Positions 1 through 14,077 of a stretch of 64,000 bases of DNA are shown in pieces. The stretch is from contig OX597824.1 in assembly GCA_951406725.2 (NCBI GenBank), positions 30,566,001 to 30,630,000 of the forward strand, given 5' to 3'. The translations under genes were made by a program, and so were the position numbers. The notes beneath the pieces are model-generated. The model ran no database searches and had not been told where the DNA came from. It saw only the letters and a list, made by a program, of their open reading frames with translations. Numbering within the stretch: position 1 is the first letter of the stretch; every line of letters starts with the position of its first letter. The DNA comes from Octopus vulgaris (lineage: Eukaryota).

Positions 1-1600
1 ATATTGAAACAATCCAGCTTCTGAAAATGAGTCCCAAACAATCCACATTGAGGATAGCCACCAGGTATTGATGGCTGACCTTATCAAAAGCTTTTGAGTG
101 ATCTAAATTAATCAGAGCCCCTTCCCATTACGGCTTCTTTACCCACTCTTTTTATGATGTATTACATGAGGTAGAGGATGTCATGGAGAGATCTGATTGG
201 TATGGCACATCTGTGACTTACTTACCAGAGTATCAATGACAAGCACCCAACTCTTAGCTAACACCTTGGCCAAAAATCTTCAACTCTACATTTAACAGTT
301 ACAAGCCTGAAGTTGTCAAAATCATCTTTCTTGTTCAAGTTCTTTCTCAACAGCACCGTCACACCTCTTTCTAAAGGACTGAGAATTCTCTGATTCAGCA
401 GACAGTTGCAGAAGACATCTGCCATGAAGCCCCTGAACAGATCTGGCAAAAACAAAAATAAAGCACATAGGGCACACCATCTACCCCTAGTGAAGCCATT
501 GCTTCCTACATTTCATCCATAGTTATCAGCCTTTCTCAGAACTAAGCATCCCTAACTCAGAGTCAAACCAAACCATCAAGGTAGGTAGTAATGTCTATCC
601 TTATCTCCAACCTTCAACACACTCCAAACAATTAAGCAAAGTGCCCATGAAAAGTCACACACATCTGCTTAGAACTGAATAACAGGAGTTCCTTCCAATC
701 TGTCAGAGGTCAAAATGTGGCTTTCTTGCCACATTACACTTTTGCCACCCAGGACCATCAAAAAGCTTTCATTTCCTCATGCCTTAAAGCAAGCACCCTA
801 GTTGTCAATGCAGCCTTCATGTTTAGCATTGAAGAATTAGTCATGGGTCAACCTTGTTGCCAGCACATCAGTCGTAATACCTTTTCTAAGCACCTCTTTT
901 AGGTCACAAACTGGCTCTCTCTTTACAATTCACTATTACTATTTCCTTACTACACTTTATCACCTCTAATAGCCCTGTTCAGGGTCAACCACCATCAGTT
1001 GTTAACAAGTGCCCCATCAGCTCCTTAACTTGTTGTCTAATTTGGCACACTGGAAAAACCTGTTCAATTTCCAGTAACCGAGTCCCTGTGTATGCAACCT
1101 CTCTAGGTTGGCTGTACAGATCACAAATTTGTAGTCTGTGAAGCCAATTGCTTAGAACTGTAGGTACCTTATGCTGTCCCTATCTGCTGACCCACTGAAT
1201 ACTTTAAGTAGATAGGATCTGGACAAGATACCAGCTGTCTGTGACCACATGGTGCAACCAGGAAATCCAATCGGTTCTTCTCAACCAACTGGAAATTAGT
1301 GAAGTCAGCAAGGCTTTTACACATCTGCCTCCCATCAGCTATCCCACACAATCCAAACATGCATCCAAGATGTCATTCCAATCACCCAGTGACACTAAAG
1401 AGCAGGATGTCTCCCGGAAACCTCCAGACACCTGAAGAAATGAGGTGGCTCCATCCCAGTACACAAGTCTAATGGTATTACCACCATTACCATTCACATC
1501 TAGAACCACTTGCTGTCTCAGTCCAATAAAATTGACTATAGCTTAAGGCCTAAAACCTTTTCCAAAACAGCACTAACACTCCATTCCAATATACTGAGTT
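1..1600 (-). mobile_element. Degenerate Tx1/L1-clade LINE ORF2 (APE endonuclease plus start of RT), running off the left edge
   Basis: Minus-strand translations: LVSLGDWN (~1378-1400, APE GDxN motif), GFTDYKFVICT (~1115-1146, SDH-like region), LLRKNLNKKDDFDNFRLVT (ORF 258-455, pre-RT NFRPI motif), LINLDHSKAFDKVSHQYL (~60-115, RT motif). Many stops and frameshifts. Confidence 0.8.
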
Positions 1601-1899
1601 GAGTGCGGGCTGCCAAGATTGCAGGGTCGCTAAAAATGTATCAGAAATCTTAGTCTTGCTGAGCCTACTGTTAACCTTTGTGCAGAAGCTTCTCATATAA
1701 TAGGAAAAATTATCCTAATTATTTTGTATGCCTCCAAACCCAGCTTTATTCTCAAATTTTGTGGCCCTTTGAAAGTGCTGAACCAGAAGATCTCTACTTC
1801 TGTTTCAATGTTTTCTTTTTGTGCAATAAAGGATATTTTTTCATTCATACTCCTTATCAACACAAAGTTTTATAGTGGAGGGTGATTTTATGTTTGTGC

Positions 1900-2460
1900 C
1901 TATGTCCTACTGTTATTGCTGCTGACTGCTGTTTAGATGGGGGTTGTGAAGTCAGCAAGGGAGGACTCTTTTCTGTTTTTAGTTGAAAACAGAAAACTGG
2001 CCTTCAGCACCACACAAGTGGCATCTTGGCCTTCTACATTTAAATGCAACACACAGCTCCACTCCATTGGTCAGGATAAGATCTGGGATCCTTTCCACAT
2101 CATTGGTTTGATGCGAGGAAAGATCTCCATCGTGGCCTCAAACCAAAACTTCCTTTATGTCAAGACAAGCAACAAGCACTGGATGTCCAACTAGGTGCAA
2201 CGCTATTTTAACACAACAGATCTTTCTCCCTAAATATGTTAGGTGGATTGTGAGTTCCCTGTCACATATGGAAGCTATGGAGAGCTTCACTCTTGAAGAG
2301 GTCCTTCACACTCCAAAACTACCTTGCCCTGGTCACACGACCTATATCTTCCCAAATTTCTTTAAGGGCCCTTTCCACTTGCTTCTAAGCATCAGGTTTT
2401 AGCCAATACATGGTGATACACCATCTTCCAGCCAGAACCTCAGCTGAGTGGCAACAAGTG
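1900..2460 (-). mobile_element. Degenerate ORF1 (gag-like) of the same Tx1-like LINE
   Basis: Minus strand at ~1995-2031 reads RPRCHLCGAEG, a CCHC zinc-knuckle remnant upstream of the APE region on the same strand. Confidence 0.55.
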
Positions 2461-3029
2461 TTCTCCTCCCATTCACTTTCCAAGTGCCTCTTTGTCATTT
2501 GGGAAAAACAAAAAGCAATGTGTTGATCTGGCTGTCATCCCAACAAAAGATTGCTTGCCTATGCAGTCTCCCCCACCCCTGATCACTTACATTGTTGTCA
2601 TCTTTGTTGATGTTGCTGTTATTGTTCATGTTGTCATTGTTGCTATCACTGCTGCTGTTACTGTCACTCTTCTTGTTACTGCTGGCACAAGATGGTGTTG
2701 TTTGTGATGCTGTCCTCATTAAAAACTTTGTCTATTCTATTGCTGCTATTGCTGTGATTGTCATCATTCTTGTGCAAATGTCCTGTAATGAAGTTCATAG
2801 AGGAGAACAACAAAAAGATGGCACTTGCCTTAGGGTGACAGTGATTCTGTGGGGTTTCCACAAGCAACCCTTGGAAAATTCCTCCTTTGAGAGCATTTTT
2901 CTTTAAATATCAGGGCTTTTCTTTAGCTTTGTTATTTTCTCTTTTCACATGCTTTTTATATAATCCCACACTGTATCCTCCTGTACCATCTTCAATCCTA
3001 TTCAACCCTTGTGATTAGTAAAGGAAACA

Positions 3030-4640
3030 TTTTTTTTATATTTATAATTATTTCATTTATTGGTCACGGAGTTCCAACATGTTAGGGACAATTCAAAGAC
3101 AAAGGTACAATACATAACTACAAACAAGTAACAGCTGGTAGGAGGTATGTTGCCTAAAGTAGAAGGGTGAGATCAACTAATAATAAAGACCATGTTAATG
3201 ACAAAAAATAAACAGCAATAACAGTATACAACAGGAAAATAACATAAAAGGATCTCCAAAATGGTGAGGAATATACACAGCATAATTTGGAGCACCCCAC
3301 ATGCAATCCCACTAAACAGAACTGACCCACTAAACAGAACTGCCTTCTCCCAGGTCTTGTCTCCAACCTACAGCCCTAATGTTACAGTAGGCCCATTTAG
3401 CTACACCAGCTTCACAACTTTCACTTACCTTTCAAAACATTTATGACAGGTCAGCATTTCTTTCTATGCCACCTTTCTCTTCAAACAGTTACTTGTAAAC
3501 GCTGATGAGAGTTCAACCCGACCACTTCAGCCAACTGTTGTTCTCCAGCTTATAAGCACATTCTTTGAGTAGTTCCAGTCACTCTGACTGTTTTTATCTA
3601 TCACCCACCTTTTAATAAATTCACTGGAAGAAAGTATGTCCCTCTCCACTCTCACTTTCCTTTCCATATGAAACATGAAAAAGCCGATGAGGGTTTAACC
3701 TAAGTGGAAGGTGCCTGTCCTTAATCCTTTCAACCTCATCCATCACACAACTACTTTTGCCACAGTTACCAGACAGAGGAGCATTGCTTGCTCTACCTTG
3801 TTGGGCAGTCGGGCAATCCTTACAATGGACTGAGGTGATAGTTGAATTCATCTTACATACAACAACAGCTGTTTGACATAATTCAACAAGTGAGCAATGC
3901 TCAAACACTGCATAAATGCATGCAATACAGTTTTGTTACTGTATACATTAAGGGCAGTCCTGCCTGAAGGCACTTTCATGCTTGTTAAAATTCACCTCAC
4001 ACCAGTAGTACCACTCAGAAGCACTTCTAAGACAAGAATTTCAGGAAATAGATAGTACCCAGTTCAATATCCTTTGAAACAAACTGGTTAGTTCATTATT
4101 GTTGGCACCTTCAGTTTTCCCAGAACATAAGTGCTCTTACACACTACTAGTTCTCTACATATTAATAAAGTGGAACATTCACTGACTACATTCCTAACTG
4201 GTAGAGGATGGTATGAGGCTAATGACATTCCATGTGCCAGATACCCAATCTTAATCTTTTCTTGACACAAGACTGAAGTTCCATCAAAGAGAGGAACTGC
4301 AGAAAAATGTGCCTTACAAATAAATGGGGACCACACCTGATCACTATCTACAAAAATTAACAGGTGGCACAACCTCAGAGCATGTCTGTACATCAATAGC
4401 CACAAAATGTTGAACCTGCCTTCTGGGGGGTACAAACAACAGATGGACCATGTCCCTTCACGAGAAGAGGAGGACCAGACAAACCTTCCTGGACAATAAG
4501 GGACTGGGGTAAAACATAACCATCAAGTAGTAAGTTATGACAGATACAATACAGGTATTCAACAGCTCTGCTAGATATTTTAAGGATAGCTTCCTCTGAA
4601 GGTAATAATAATGTTTTTGATTAAGGCACAAGGGAAGCAC
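3030..4640 (-). mobile_element. 3' part of a second Tx1/L1-like LINE with 3' UTR and poly(A)
   Basis: Minus-strand C-terminal zinc-finger remnant DCPxC...VLHAFMQC (~3905-3960), AATAAA at ~3056-3061 and an A-tail at ~3030-3037. Confidence 0.65.
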
Positions 4641-4669
4641 TTTTGTGGGAGTGCAGGTTAGTCATTATG

Positions 4670-4950
4670 TTCAAAATCAGTACTTGACTATTTTATCAAT
4701 CTTGAAAGGATAAAAGGCAAAATTGACCTCACCAGAAACAGAACTCAGAATATAAAGAATCAGAACTAGGTATTTATCATTCTGATGATTTTGCTAGCTT
4801 GCCACCCTTATTATAATAATAATTATAATGGATTCTGATTTAGACACAAAACTAGCAAGTATAAGGTGGTTAGTGTTTACTAGCAATCCCAGTTTTGCGA
4901 CTAGTACTTTAATGTATTGGCCCTGAGAGGATGAAAAGCAAGTGATAAAT
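4670..4950 (-). mobile_element. Decayed copies of tRNA-derived SINE family A
   Basis: Matches the family A core ttatcgaccccgaaaggatgaaaggcaaagtcgacctcggcggaatttgaactcagaa with its CpGs converted to TpG/CpA. Confidence 0.7.
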
Positions 4951-5488
4951 AGGTTGGTATTATTACAAGGGATAAGTTAAAAGAGATTTATGCAGAAGCA
5001 ATTATGAAAAAGAAAGACCAGGAAATGCATGCAGTTTAAATGAAAAAAGACTTCAAAATAGGACAGCTACCTCAGGCCAAACAAGGAATCTCGAAGATCC
5101 AAGCCTGACCACCAAGGTGAAGTACTTTTTGCTAGCTGTGTTCTCTGGCTTGCATGCTGAAAATTGTTCTAATCACTTGGAATGCGCTCTTTACTTTGAC
5201 CAGTCTTTGAGCAAATACACTAACAGCAGTTCTACCCTCTCACCTTCTTTTCTAGATAAGATCAATGAAATCTTAGTTGAAGAAGAAAATATGTTTTCTG
5301 TATTTTCAATATATTAATAAATAGTAAAACAAAAGTGAATAACATTATAAATGTTTGCTTTAAATACTTCAGCTGTGTCAGTTTCAAAACACCATCTCAG
5401 ACCTGTGTGTGTGAGTATAACTATTCTAAACAGGTTGAGTGACCACGCAGAGGCTCTCTTCCTCTAGTTTGAGGCAGTGTTGTTTACA

Positions 5489-5713
5489 TACAGGGTGTCC
5501 ATAAATTACTTTTATCAATTTGAAAAATACACACAAAAAAACATGAAAAACAAGGATAACTCAGCAGAGTTTATGGGAAAATGTAGGCAAAGTTTTATTA
5601 CAAACCTCAGAACACTTTACTATTTATTTCAAATGCAAAGTTGATTGATGGATCCCAACTTTAACAGATACAATAAATTGTGAAAGTTGAAAAGATAATT
5701 TATGAAGACCCTC
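5489..5713. mobile_element. Tc1-like MITE
   Basis: Imperfect TIRs TAcagggtgtccataaattac ... gataatttatgaagaccct around a non-coding core. Confidence 0.55.
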
Positions 5714-5838
5714 TCTATCTCTCTCCCTCTGAGATGTGGTCACTCGATTTGTTAAAAAAAATAAAAGGCCTCCATATCTCCCTCAAATCATACATGCCAC
5801 TTTAAGAAAAACGAAAGAAATATCGGACGCTGTAGTCT

Positions 5839-5889
<51 letters not shown>

Positions 5890-5951
5890 CATATATATGA
5901 TGGCCGTGGTTGGGATGCTAGATCTGCTCCATCACAGCTGACTTTATGCGC

Positions 5952-6319
5952 TGCGTTCTGAGGAATAAAAATACACAACCAAGTAAAAATAGAATTGAAC
6001 TCAAACCTCTTATTCTATTTTCTCTTTCTAACTCGCTAATCTATCGTCCAAGCATATAGTATTTTGCGAGTGGGGTGAGTTTTCATCACTAGCTAGTGAT
6101 TAACACTCGCTAAGGACGAGTAACCACCCAAAATATCGTGTCCGTATGTATCACGTAAGGCTTGGGATCGGACACAGAATATGTGCCATTAGCCAGCCAG
6201 AGGAGATGTCTTCCTGGGGATATAAACGTCAGTAGCGCTGTCCCGTATTGGACGCCCCATTTGGTTGGCAATTATATATATATATAATATATATATACCT
6301 GTACATCATCTCCAAACCT

Positions 6320-6325
<6 letters not shown>
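5952..6325 (-). mobile_element. Possible solo LTR
   Basis: CpG-rich ~370-bp block with LTR-like ends (minus strand tattggaagg ... cctcagaacgca). No clear TSD. Confidence 0.3.
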
Positions 6326-6364
<39 letters not shown>

Positions 6365-6849
6365 GTCTTCTCTCTTTCCCTAGCATGTGTTAACTGCAGA
6401 TATAATATGACAAAGCGGTAGTCCATTCTACTCTTAGGAATCAATCACGTAATAATTACAAGGTTTAAAAGGTTGTCGAGGAAACCACGAACGCCACAAA
6501 TCTGTAAATTACCCTTCAATCATTGCAAATTAGGAACCCCCTACATAAATATGAAACCGATTTATGTCATTTGACCAACTGAGAAGTAAAAAGTTATCTA
6601 TATTAACCACGACATTCAAATAAATAACGAGCAAGCACCAAAAGGTCCACACATCATCAATACCTGTTTTTCAATATAAAATTATATCGCTTCAAAGAAC
6701 CAAGGAGTTTACATGTACGTATACATATAGTGGTAGCTAAAAATCTAGACATACTCTGTAGTATAATATGCATCGGGATGGAGTCTATTGTCTCCTATTC
6801 TAATTCCATTCACATTTAGGATACTTTGTAGGAATATTAAATCTCGTCT

Positions 6850-8233
6850 AGTGTTTGGCTGGTCCTTTATTTTATCGGCAAAATGAAGGACATTGTTGAA
6901 TCAGGCGCGATTTGATCTCAGAAAGTAAAGTGCCCAAACTAAATACCACATTTTGCCCGACGATCTAACGATTCACCTGGCTTTGGCTTCAGTTTCTAAT
7001 GTACCTGCCTTTTTTTCTTCTTTTTAAGGCTGCAGCGTATAATTTGGTGCAGATTCGGTTGCTATTTCTAACAGGTTAAGTGGCCATACATAAGATTCCT
7101 CTTTGGATCGATAAATACCAGTTGTGTACAACAGTCGCTTATACACAGATTTCATTTACTAGACTTATTATCCGTCTTAATTAAAATGTAAATATGGTTG
7201 AGAAAGGATAACTTATTCTTTGATCCATAGTCCTATGGATTCGTAACGAAATAGGTGAACGTCACAACTTCCCATTTCCTAAAAAGTAAAGCTTGATCTT
7301 AGTGAGATGAAAGAAAAACCAATGGATGGGGGGAGCTAACACAGACGACAGTGTCAAACTATGAGTATTTTAACTTGAGCCTCAGTGACAAAGATTTCAC
7401 TCTTTATCCACGCCGGGGGTGAATATCAAATAAATATCAAGTCACATACTGAAGATGATTCAATAGAGCACAACAAATTCACCAAACTATAGTGACAAAC
7501 AGCAATTTTTTTTTTTTTTATTAGAGAGGATGACAAAAACGCACGATGCTATTTCCGCTCTCAGTAAAAGACAATTTCACTTGGTTATATTTACGTCGTT
7601 AATTCTTTTTTCAGGAAGGCATGAACATCGCATAACTACATTCCTCTTTCTTGAAAATATTTGGCCTTACTCGTAAGAACTAGATGTTATTATTAAGACA
7701 TATCAATAAGTACTAGTGAGCACTGGAATCGATGTAATCGACTAGCCTCCTCCCATCGGAATTTCAGGTTTTGTGCCTCGAGTAGAAAGGATATCTATAT
7801 ATTATATAAAGAGCGCTATAACATGAATATGTACCGTTTTCCTTTTTTTTTTTTATCGAAATATTCACGGTTTATACAGTATAGTACAATTAAACTTGTA
7901 GGCAATTTGTGAAATTTAAATGACATTAGGACATGACTGGTATCGATTTTCTCATTCCGGAATGTTTTGAACAAAAACAACAAACACTATGTGTAGTCCG
8001 GCAAGCCACCGTTTCTGGCATTCAACCATCTTTTTAGCAAGGATAACAAGAAAACGGAAAGCGAACATGGTTCTAATATGCGACGTGTAATGATGATGAT
8101 GATGAACCAGTTTATTATGTACACTCGTAATTCAAACAGTGGAATAAGTTTTTTTGTATAAGCTCACTCACAAACTGTCACAAATTAGACAGAAGGGACA
8201 TACTGAAATAAACAGACATACCTACATCATACA

Positions 8234-8277
<44 letters not shown>

Positions 8278-9410
8278 GCCCTGATAATATATAAACAGAA
8301 ATACACCCCCACCCGCATACAGACACAATACAAGCAGGCAAAAGAACTAAAACATGCAATAAGACAAACAGAAATACCCACAGAAACACACACACACAGA
8401 ACCACACATATCACATAATTCTGCTGGGTGGATGCTTAACATCTTCGGTTACACGGTGCTTTGAGGCTAAAATAATTCAGATATTTACCGGGCTGTAAAC
8501 AAGATAAAAAGTAATTTTGGTAAAAAAAAATTAAAAAAACGTGCAAAGAACATGGGGAATAAGCGACTTATTAAGGATTTTAAGACTTGTAATAAAGTGA
8601 GATAGATAAGTGATCCTTCGGTATTGGTATCCAGAGGATCGGTATGAAGAGACGTCGTCCGTCAACTTGTGGAAAGGTTATGGGAATGAATGATGTCTAG
8701 CAAATACTGAAGGTTGGCCGTTATTTGCCACAAGAGCGACGGATGAAGGATGTATTACAAGGACAAATTACGAAAACGGTGAGGATTTCTGCAGAATCGA
8801 TTATGTGGGGAAATGGACTATTTCACACACAGGAACAGGACCTTAAATTTGGTTAACAAGAATTAAAGAATTTCAGTACTAGACCAACACTTAATTAGAT
8901 CAAAGGAGAGGAAAGGCTAGTTGAGCTCAATGGGAATTAAACTTAAAACGAAAAGGGTCATAAATAAATATCGTTAAAGCATTTTATCCGACTCGTTAAC
9001 GATTTTATCATTTCACTACTAATTATAATTATAATTTTGGCACAAGGCCAGCAATTTTGAGAAGAGAGGAAGTCGATTACATCTACCGCAAAGCTCATTT
9101 GGTACCTACATTATCGACCCCGAAACAATGAAAGGCAGAGTCGACCTCTGACATTAAGCCGGAAGAAATGCCGCTAAGCACTTTGTCCGGCGTGCTATCG
9201 ATTCTGCAAGCTTGTCGCCGAGTGCCAGTTTCTAACATAGGCACAAGATCACAATTTTTTGCAGGGAATCGATCCATTTACATGACTGATAGTGATACTT
9301 TATTTTACAGAGTCCGAAAGGATGAAAGGCAAAGTTGGTCTCGACAAGATTCGAACTCAAAACGTAACTCAATATTACAAGGTAATTTGTCCGACGTGTA
9401 TTGAGTTTGC
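6850..9410. mobile_element. Cluster of about six SINE family A fragments
   Basis: Core matches at ~6850-6975, 7270-7460, 7700-7790, 8860-9010, 9040-9220 and 9230-9410. CpGs largely retained. Confidence 0.7.
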
Positions 9411-9444
9411 CAAACACAATTTTAATGGTCATCGTAACAGAGGT

Positions 9445-9608
9445 GTTAGTGTGTGTGTGTGTGAATGATGCATGCTTGCATGTATATGTAATATATGTCT
9501 ATATACATATATAAATATATGTGTATCTATCGATTTAGATATATATATAAATATATATGTGCGTGTTTATGGATAATATATACGTATATTATAGATACAA
9601 AATAATGC

Positions 9609-9647
<39 letters not shown>

Positions 9648-9701
9648 GGAGACAAATACATGTAATATGCATAAACTGATGTACATGTATATAAACACTG
9701 G

Positions 9702-9740
<39 letters not shown>

Positions 9741-10198
9741 TGATAGATAAAGAGAGAGAGAGTGGGTAGATAGAGAGTAGAGCAGAGTGTACGTGGTTAC
9801 TGTACAAAAAAAAAGACAATTCCAAGCGAAGGTTGATAGAAATTGGTTTCTACGGTGAAAAGTGGTTTTAGCGATATCATCATTTAGTGTCCTTCTTGTA
9901 GCAACAATGGTTAAATTATCTGCAAATCAAACACACACACACGCATATTCTACGTATATGTATTTATGTGCTTGTGACAGAGAGAGAGTAAAAAAAAATA
10001 TAAAAAAATAAAGGGGTTTGCCAAATAATCTCCAAATGAAATACATGTGTGTGTGTGTGTGTGTGTGTATTTATATGTATAAAATAAGACGGAAAAAGAG
10101 GTGGGGAGTTATCCTAATTAATCATTATTTTCCATATATTAGCAACCTCATCATTAATACCGAAAAAAATCTGATAACAAATTAACTGAATATCAAAC

Positions 10199-10256
<58 letters not shown>

Positions 10257-10343
10257 CATACACACACATATATATATGTGTGTGTGTGTATGTATATATA
10301 TATATAAACATATACTATACTCACGTATATATATATACATACT

Positions 10344-10385
<42 letters not shown>

Positions 10386-10405
10386 TATAAACATACTATA
10401 CTCAC

Positions 10406-10440
<35 letters not shown>

Positions 10441-10517
10441 TATAAACATACTACACACACGTATATGTATATATACAAATATAAACACATACTACACACA
10501 CGTATATATATATTATA

Positions 10518-10549
<32 letters not shown>

Positions 10550-10550
10550 G
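9445..10550. repeat. Compound microsatellite field (TG, TA, TAGA, CA)
   Basis: Directly visible, including a repeated unit aacatactatactcacgtatata at ~10310-10500. Confidence 0.95.
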
Positions 10551-11101
10551 CACCGTGCTCAAACAATGTAAATTATAATCTATGAAAAAATAAGATAATC
10601 CAGAAATAATCTGATTTTATCCGTATTCATTAAGTCTGCCAATTATTAATGACGATATCCTCCAAAAGATAGATATATATACATACATATATATACACGG
10701 TATTTTGTATGTATGTTATGTATCGCGGGTAATATCTTAAACACAGAAAGATAAATAAGATAACATTCAAATCCGTCCTTCTTAAGTATCTTGTGGGAGG
10801 TTTGTTGTCGACACTTAAACCGGTATATTATCGAAACGGTTGTATAAGAACAAAAACAAACTGCTAAGAAAAGATTATGCCGTTGATATGTTGTTTTGTG
10901 AATTGTTATATCGTGTGAATTAATAAAGGAACCGGTCTTAAATCTTTTGTAATGTTGGTTTGTTGTGTGTGTGTGTGTGTGACTATGAATGAAAAAGAGT
11001 GTGGTGGCCGTGTTGTGTGGTGAGGTGAAACTGTTTCAGACTCACACACACCCACGACGTTGCGCTTCAGTAAACAGTGATGGACTTATTACATTACTTA
11101 C

Positions 11102-11300
11102 CTCCACATGAAATAAACACCCGATATGCTTGTGTTTTTTTGTTTTTTTTTGAATATCCGATATGTCGAAGAAGTTGGAGATTAAAAAAAAAGAAAAAAA
11201 TGGCCCTAATTATCGTCAGTAAAATACACGAGGTTATCTCGTCAAGCAAACAACAACAGAACTGTGATACCAATGTACGGAAACATGGCGGATTGTTTCC
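11102..11300 (-). other. Candidate non-coding first exon of a leftward-transcribed gene
   Basis: Consensus donor GAG|GTAAGT on the minus strand (intron starts at 11101), CpG-retaining unique sequence, next to a YY1-type motif. Confidence 0.45.
11281..11292. promoter_or_regulatory. YY1-type motif (AAACATGGCGGA), putative TSS region
   Basis: Matches AANATGGCG and sits at the boundary between CpG-rich and CpG-poor DNA. Confidence 0.4.
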
Positions 11301-12268
11301 ACTATGCGGATATACAATAAGGTGTCATTAAAATACTGACTGCTCTATTTCTTTAAAGGAATATGCATTACTAAAGAATCTTGAAAAGAAAAACTGTTAT
11401 TTGCATCAAAATATTATTTAGAATTTTTATGCATAATTCTTTACTTGATGTAAATTATAACCTTGCATAGTATAAAGCAAGCGGAGGGAGGCAGGAAAGT
11501 CTCAGTAACAGCCGGCCATTCCATAGTTAAAAGTTTGCAGATTTTTGCTGGCTTTCGAAACAATTATTTATCATGAAAAATATTTCTCTTTGAAAAATTA
11601 AAGTGGTTTAAAAGACAATGTCATTTTCCGAACAATGCATAATAAACTATATGAAAAGTTTTAAATGATGGAGATATGAGTTATTGTTTTTAATTTGAAG
11701 AATCTTTGACGTGTCATGTTCATTTATAGATAAAAGAATAAGAAAGAATATTAAAGAATGTTTGGCTATTTCTTTCGGACGTGATCACTTCTAGTATAGT
11801 TTGGCTATTTCTTTCAGACGTGATCCCTTATAACGGCAAGAATTCTTCATATCCATCATAGATTAATAAAATCTTCAAAACTATTGATGAATAATATCTT
11901 GCAAAAGTGAAAGGGAAATTAATCTATTTTAGATTTGCCTAAATAAAATATTTGTAGCTCTCTTTTTTATTTATTTCATTTCCTCCACTTCTTTAATCTG
12001 GTAAAAAATAAATGATGTTCAACATATGCTTTTCTCCATAGACTCCTATTTATGAGCCACAAACAACTTCCTGATTTTCTATTTCTGTTAAGAATTGGGT
12101 TCACCTGTAAATGCTCAGATTTTCAGTCCCACAAACTTTAGTGCCTCATTGATTAAATGGTTATGTAAATTATTTCTTTTCACCTAAAAAAATAAATATA
12201 TTTTTAAAGAAGTCTGTGTAAATGTATCAATTCATCTAATCTAAATATATTGTTGGAATCTATTTTAC

Positions 12269-12604
12269 CATAACCCTTGATCAGTAAAGGTGAAACTATG
12301 ACATGGGACCAGCAGTGGTGATAAGCTATAAGTTTTTAGGTAATATCTGATGGAGTTCAAATAAAAAAAATCTCCCTGCAATATCATGTTATAAAAAAAG
12401 CTTCTCTATGAGTATTTATTTCGAACTGAAATATAATGACAGTCTAATAGGATGGAAGAAAGTCAATTTGTAGGGGTAAATTTAATCTCAGTACATCTAT
12501 ACATCAAAATAGCATAGGTAGAACACTATCATTTTCACCAAACCTTAAATCCTGCTGTCTTTATAAGGATTTCTTTCCAAGTCACAAGGCCACGTTCTTG
12601 AAAT
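12269..12604 (-). pseudogene. Two phase-compatible candidate exons (12604-12544, 12375-12269) of an unidentified gene or pseudogene
   Basis: GT-AG introns of 168 bp (12543-12376) and 85 bp (12268-12184). Spliced frame reads FQERGLVTWKEILIKTAGFK|GDFFYLNSIRYYLKTYSLSPLLVPCHSFTFTDQGLW then stop. No homolog recognised. Confidence 0.25.
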
Positions 12605-13605
12605 CTAATTAATATTATTTTAGTGATCTCAGGGAGGAGTCAATTAAATTCACAAGTAAGAGAAGTCAAACTAGAAATTATAAAGATCAGAAAATAAAAG
12701 TGAAGAAAGTTTCAATAGTTCAAAGAAAGCCTTTACTCAGAACATTGGAACTCGGCACTCTTTGCAACACAACTTCTTTTTTTATCAATAAAAACCACCT
12801 TGAGTTTTTTCAAACCCTAAGTTGGATTTCATTGGTAAGAAACTGTTAAGTGTTAATTCCAATGTTCTGGTATCTACATTAAACATTGTTGATCATAAAG
12901 ATTTCTTTTGCCAACTGACAAAGCAGAAGTCATTGAGACTCAAAGTATGATTGATTAAATAAATCACAGTATATGCTTTCTATTTGCTAGATGAAATAAT
13001 GTTGAGACCCCAATGGGACTTAAACCCAAAATGTAGACAGATGAAATAAAATACTATCAAAGCTTTCTATTTCTGTTGTCTCACTACACTTGGTGAAAAA
13101 CACAAGAACTACACATTATGGGGAAGAATATTGTCAACTCAACTGACCACAGAACTTAACTGTTATATATATAGCATACTCTAGCACTTGACAAGTACTT
13201 ATTTTATTAACTTTGTAGGGATAAAGTTCAAAGTTGACCTTTACAGGACTTGAATTCAGAACATATAAAGATGTAACTAAATAGTATAAAGCATTTTGTC
13301 CACTGCTTTACCAACTCTATTAATCCACTGGCCTATTCATAATAAGGATTAATGTCTTCTTCAACAGTCATGACAGTGTGACTGGAGTGAAAATGCTACA
13401 ACTAATAATCAAACAAGCATACAGGTTACACATTCAAATCATGCATTTGGCTCATCAGGAATTTATTTCTACTTTATGTTGCTCAAGGGCCACAAATTGG
13501 GAGCAGGGGTCGTGATCAATATATAATCAACTCCAGTACTTAACCTTATCAACTTCATTACTTGATTTTATTAACCCTGCAAAATCGAAATCAAATTCAA
13601 TGACT

Positions 13606-14044
13606 GGCATCCTTGCTAGTGGAGCGCTAAGAGTACCATACAAGCGTGATCGTTGCCAGAGCAACTAGCTGGCCTCTGTGCCGGTGGCACATAAAAAGCA
13701 CCATTCAAGCGTGATCGTTACCTGCGTCACTTTACTGGCAATTGTGCTGGTGGCACATGAAAAAACATTCGAACGAGGTCATTGCCAGTGCTGCTGGACT
13801 GGCTCCTGTGCCGGTGGCATGTAAAAAACACCATTTGAGTGTGACTGTTACCAGTACCGCCTGACTGGCCCTTGTGCCAGTGGCACATAAAAGCACCCGC
13901 TACACTCTCGGAGTGGTTGGCACTAGGAAGGGCACCCAGCTGTAGAAACTCTGCCAGATCAGATTGGAGTCTGGTGCAGCCATCTGGTTTGCCAGACCTC
14001 AGTCAAATCATCTAACCCATGCTAGCATAGAAAGCAGACATTAA

Positions 14045-14075
<31 letters not shown>
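13606..14075 (+). mobile_element. RTE LINE 3' UTR with (GAT)n tail
   Basis: Internal gtgccggtggcacgtaaaaagcacc repeats and terminus ccatgctagcatagaaagcagacattaaa(tga)n, same family as 28715-29550. Confidence 0.85.

Positions 14076-14077
<2 letters not shown>

Noticed and set aside
10114-10499. ORFs rich in YI/CV/HT repeats (also at 15396-15770, 48412-48858, 59991-60257, 63507-63890)
   Set aside because: They are translations of microsatellites, not genes.
10830-10850. GAAAC-ggtt-GTA half-motifs (also ~29684-29696)
   Set aside because: No matching CUGANGA half or stem I found.
13660-13900. CRISPR-like spaced repeats (gtgccggtggcacgtaaaaagcacc; also 29115-29385)
   Set aside because: Degenerate internal repeats of the RTE 3' UTR with related spacers, in eukaryotic DNA with no cas genes.
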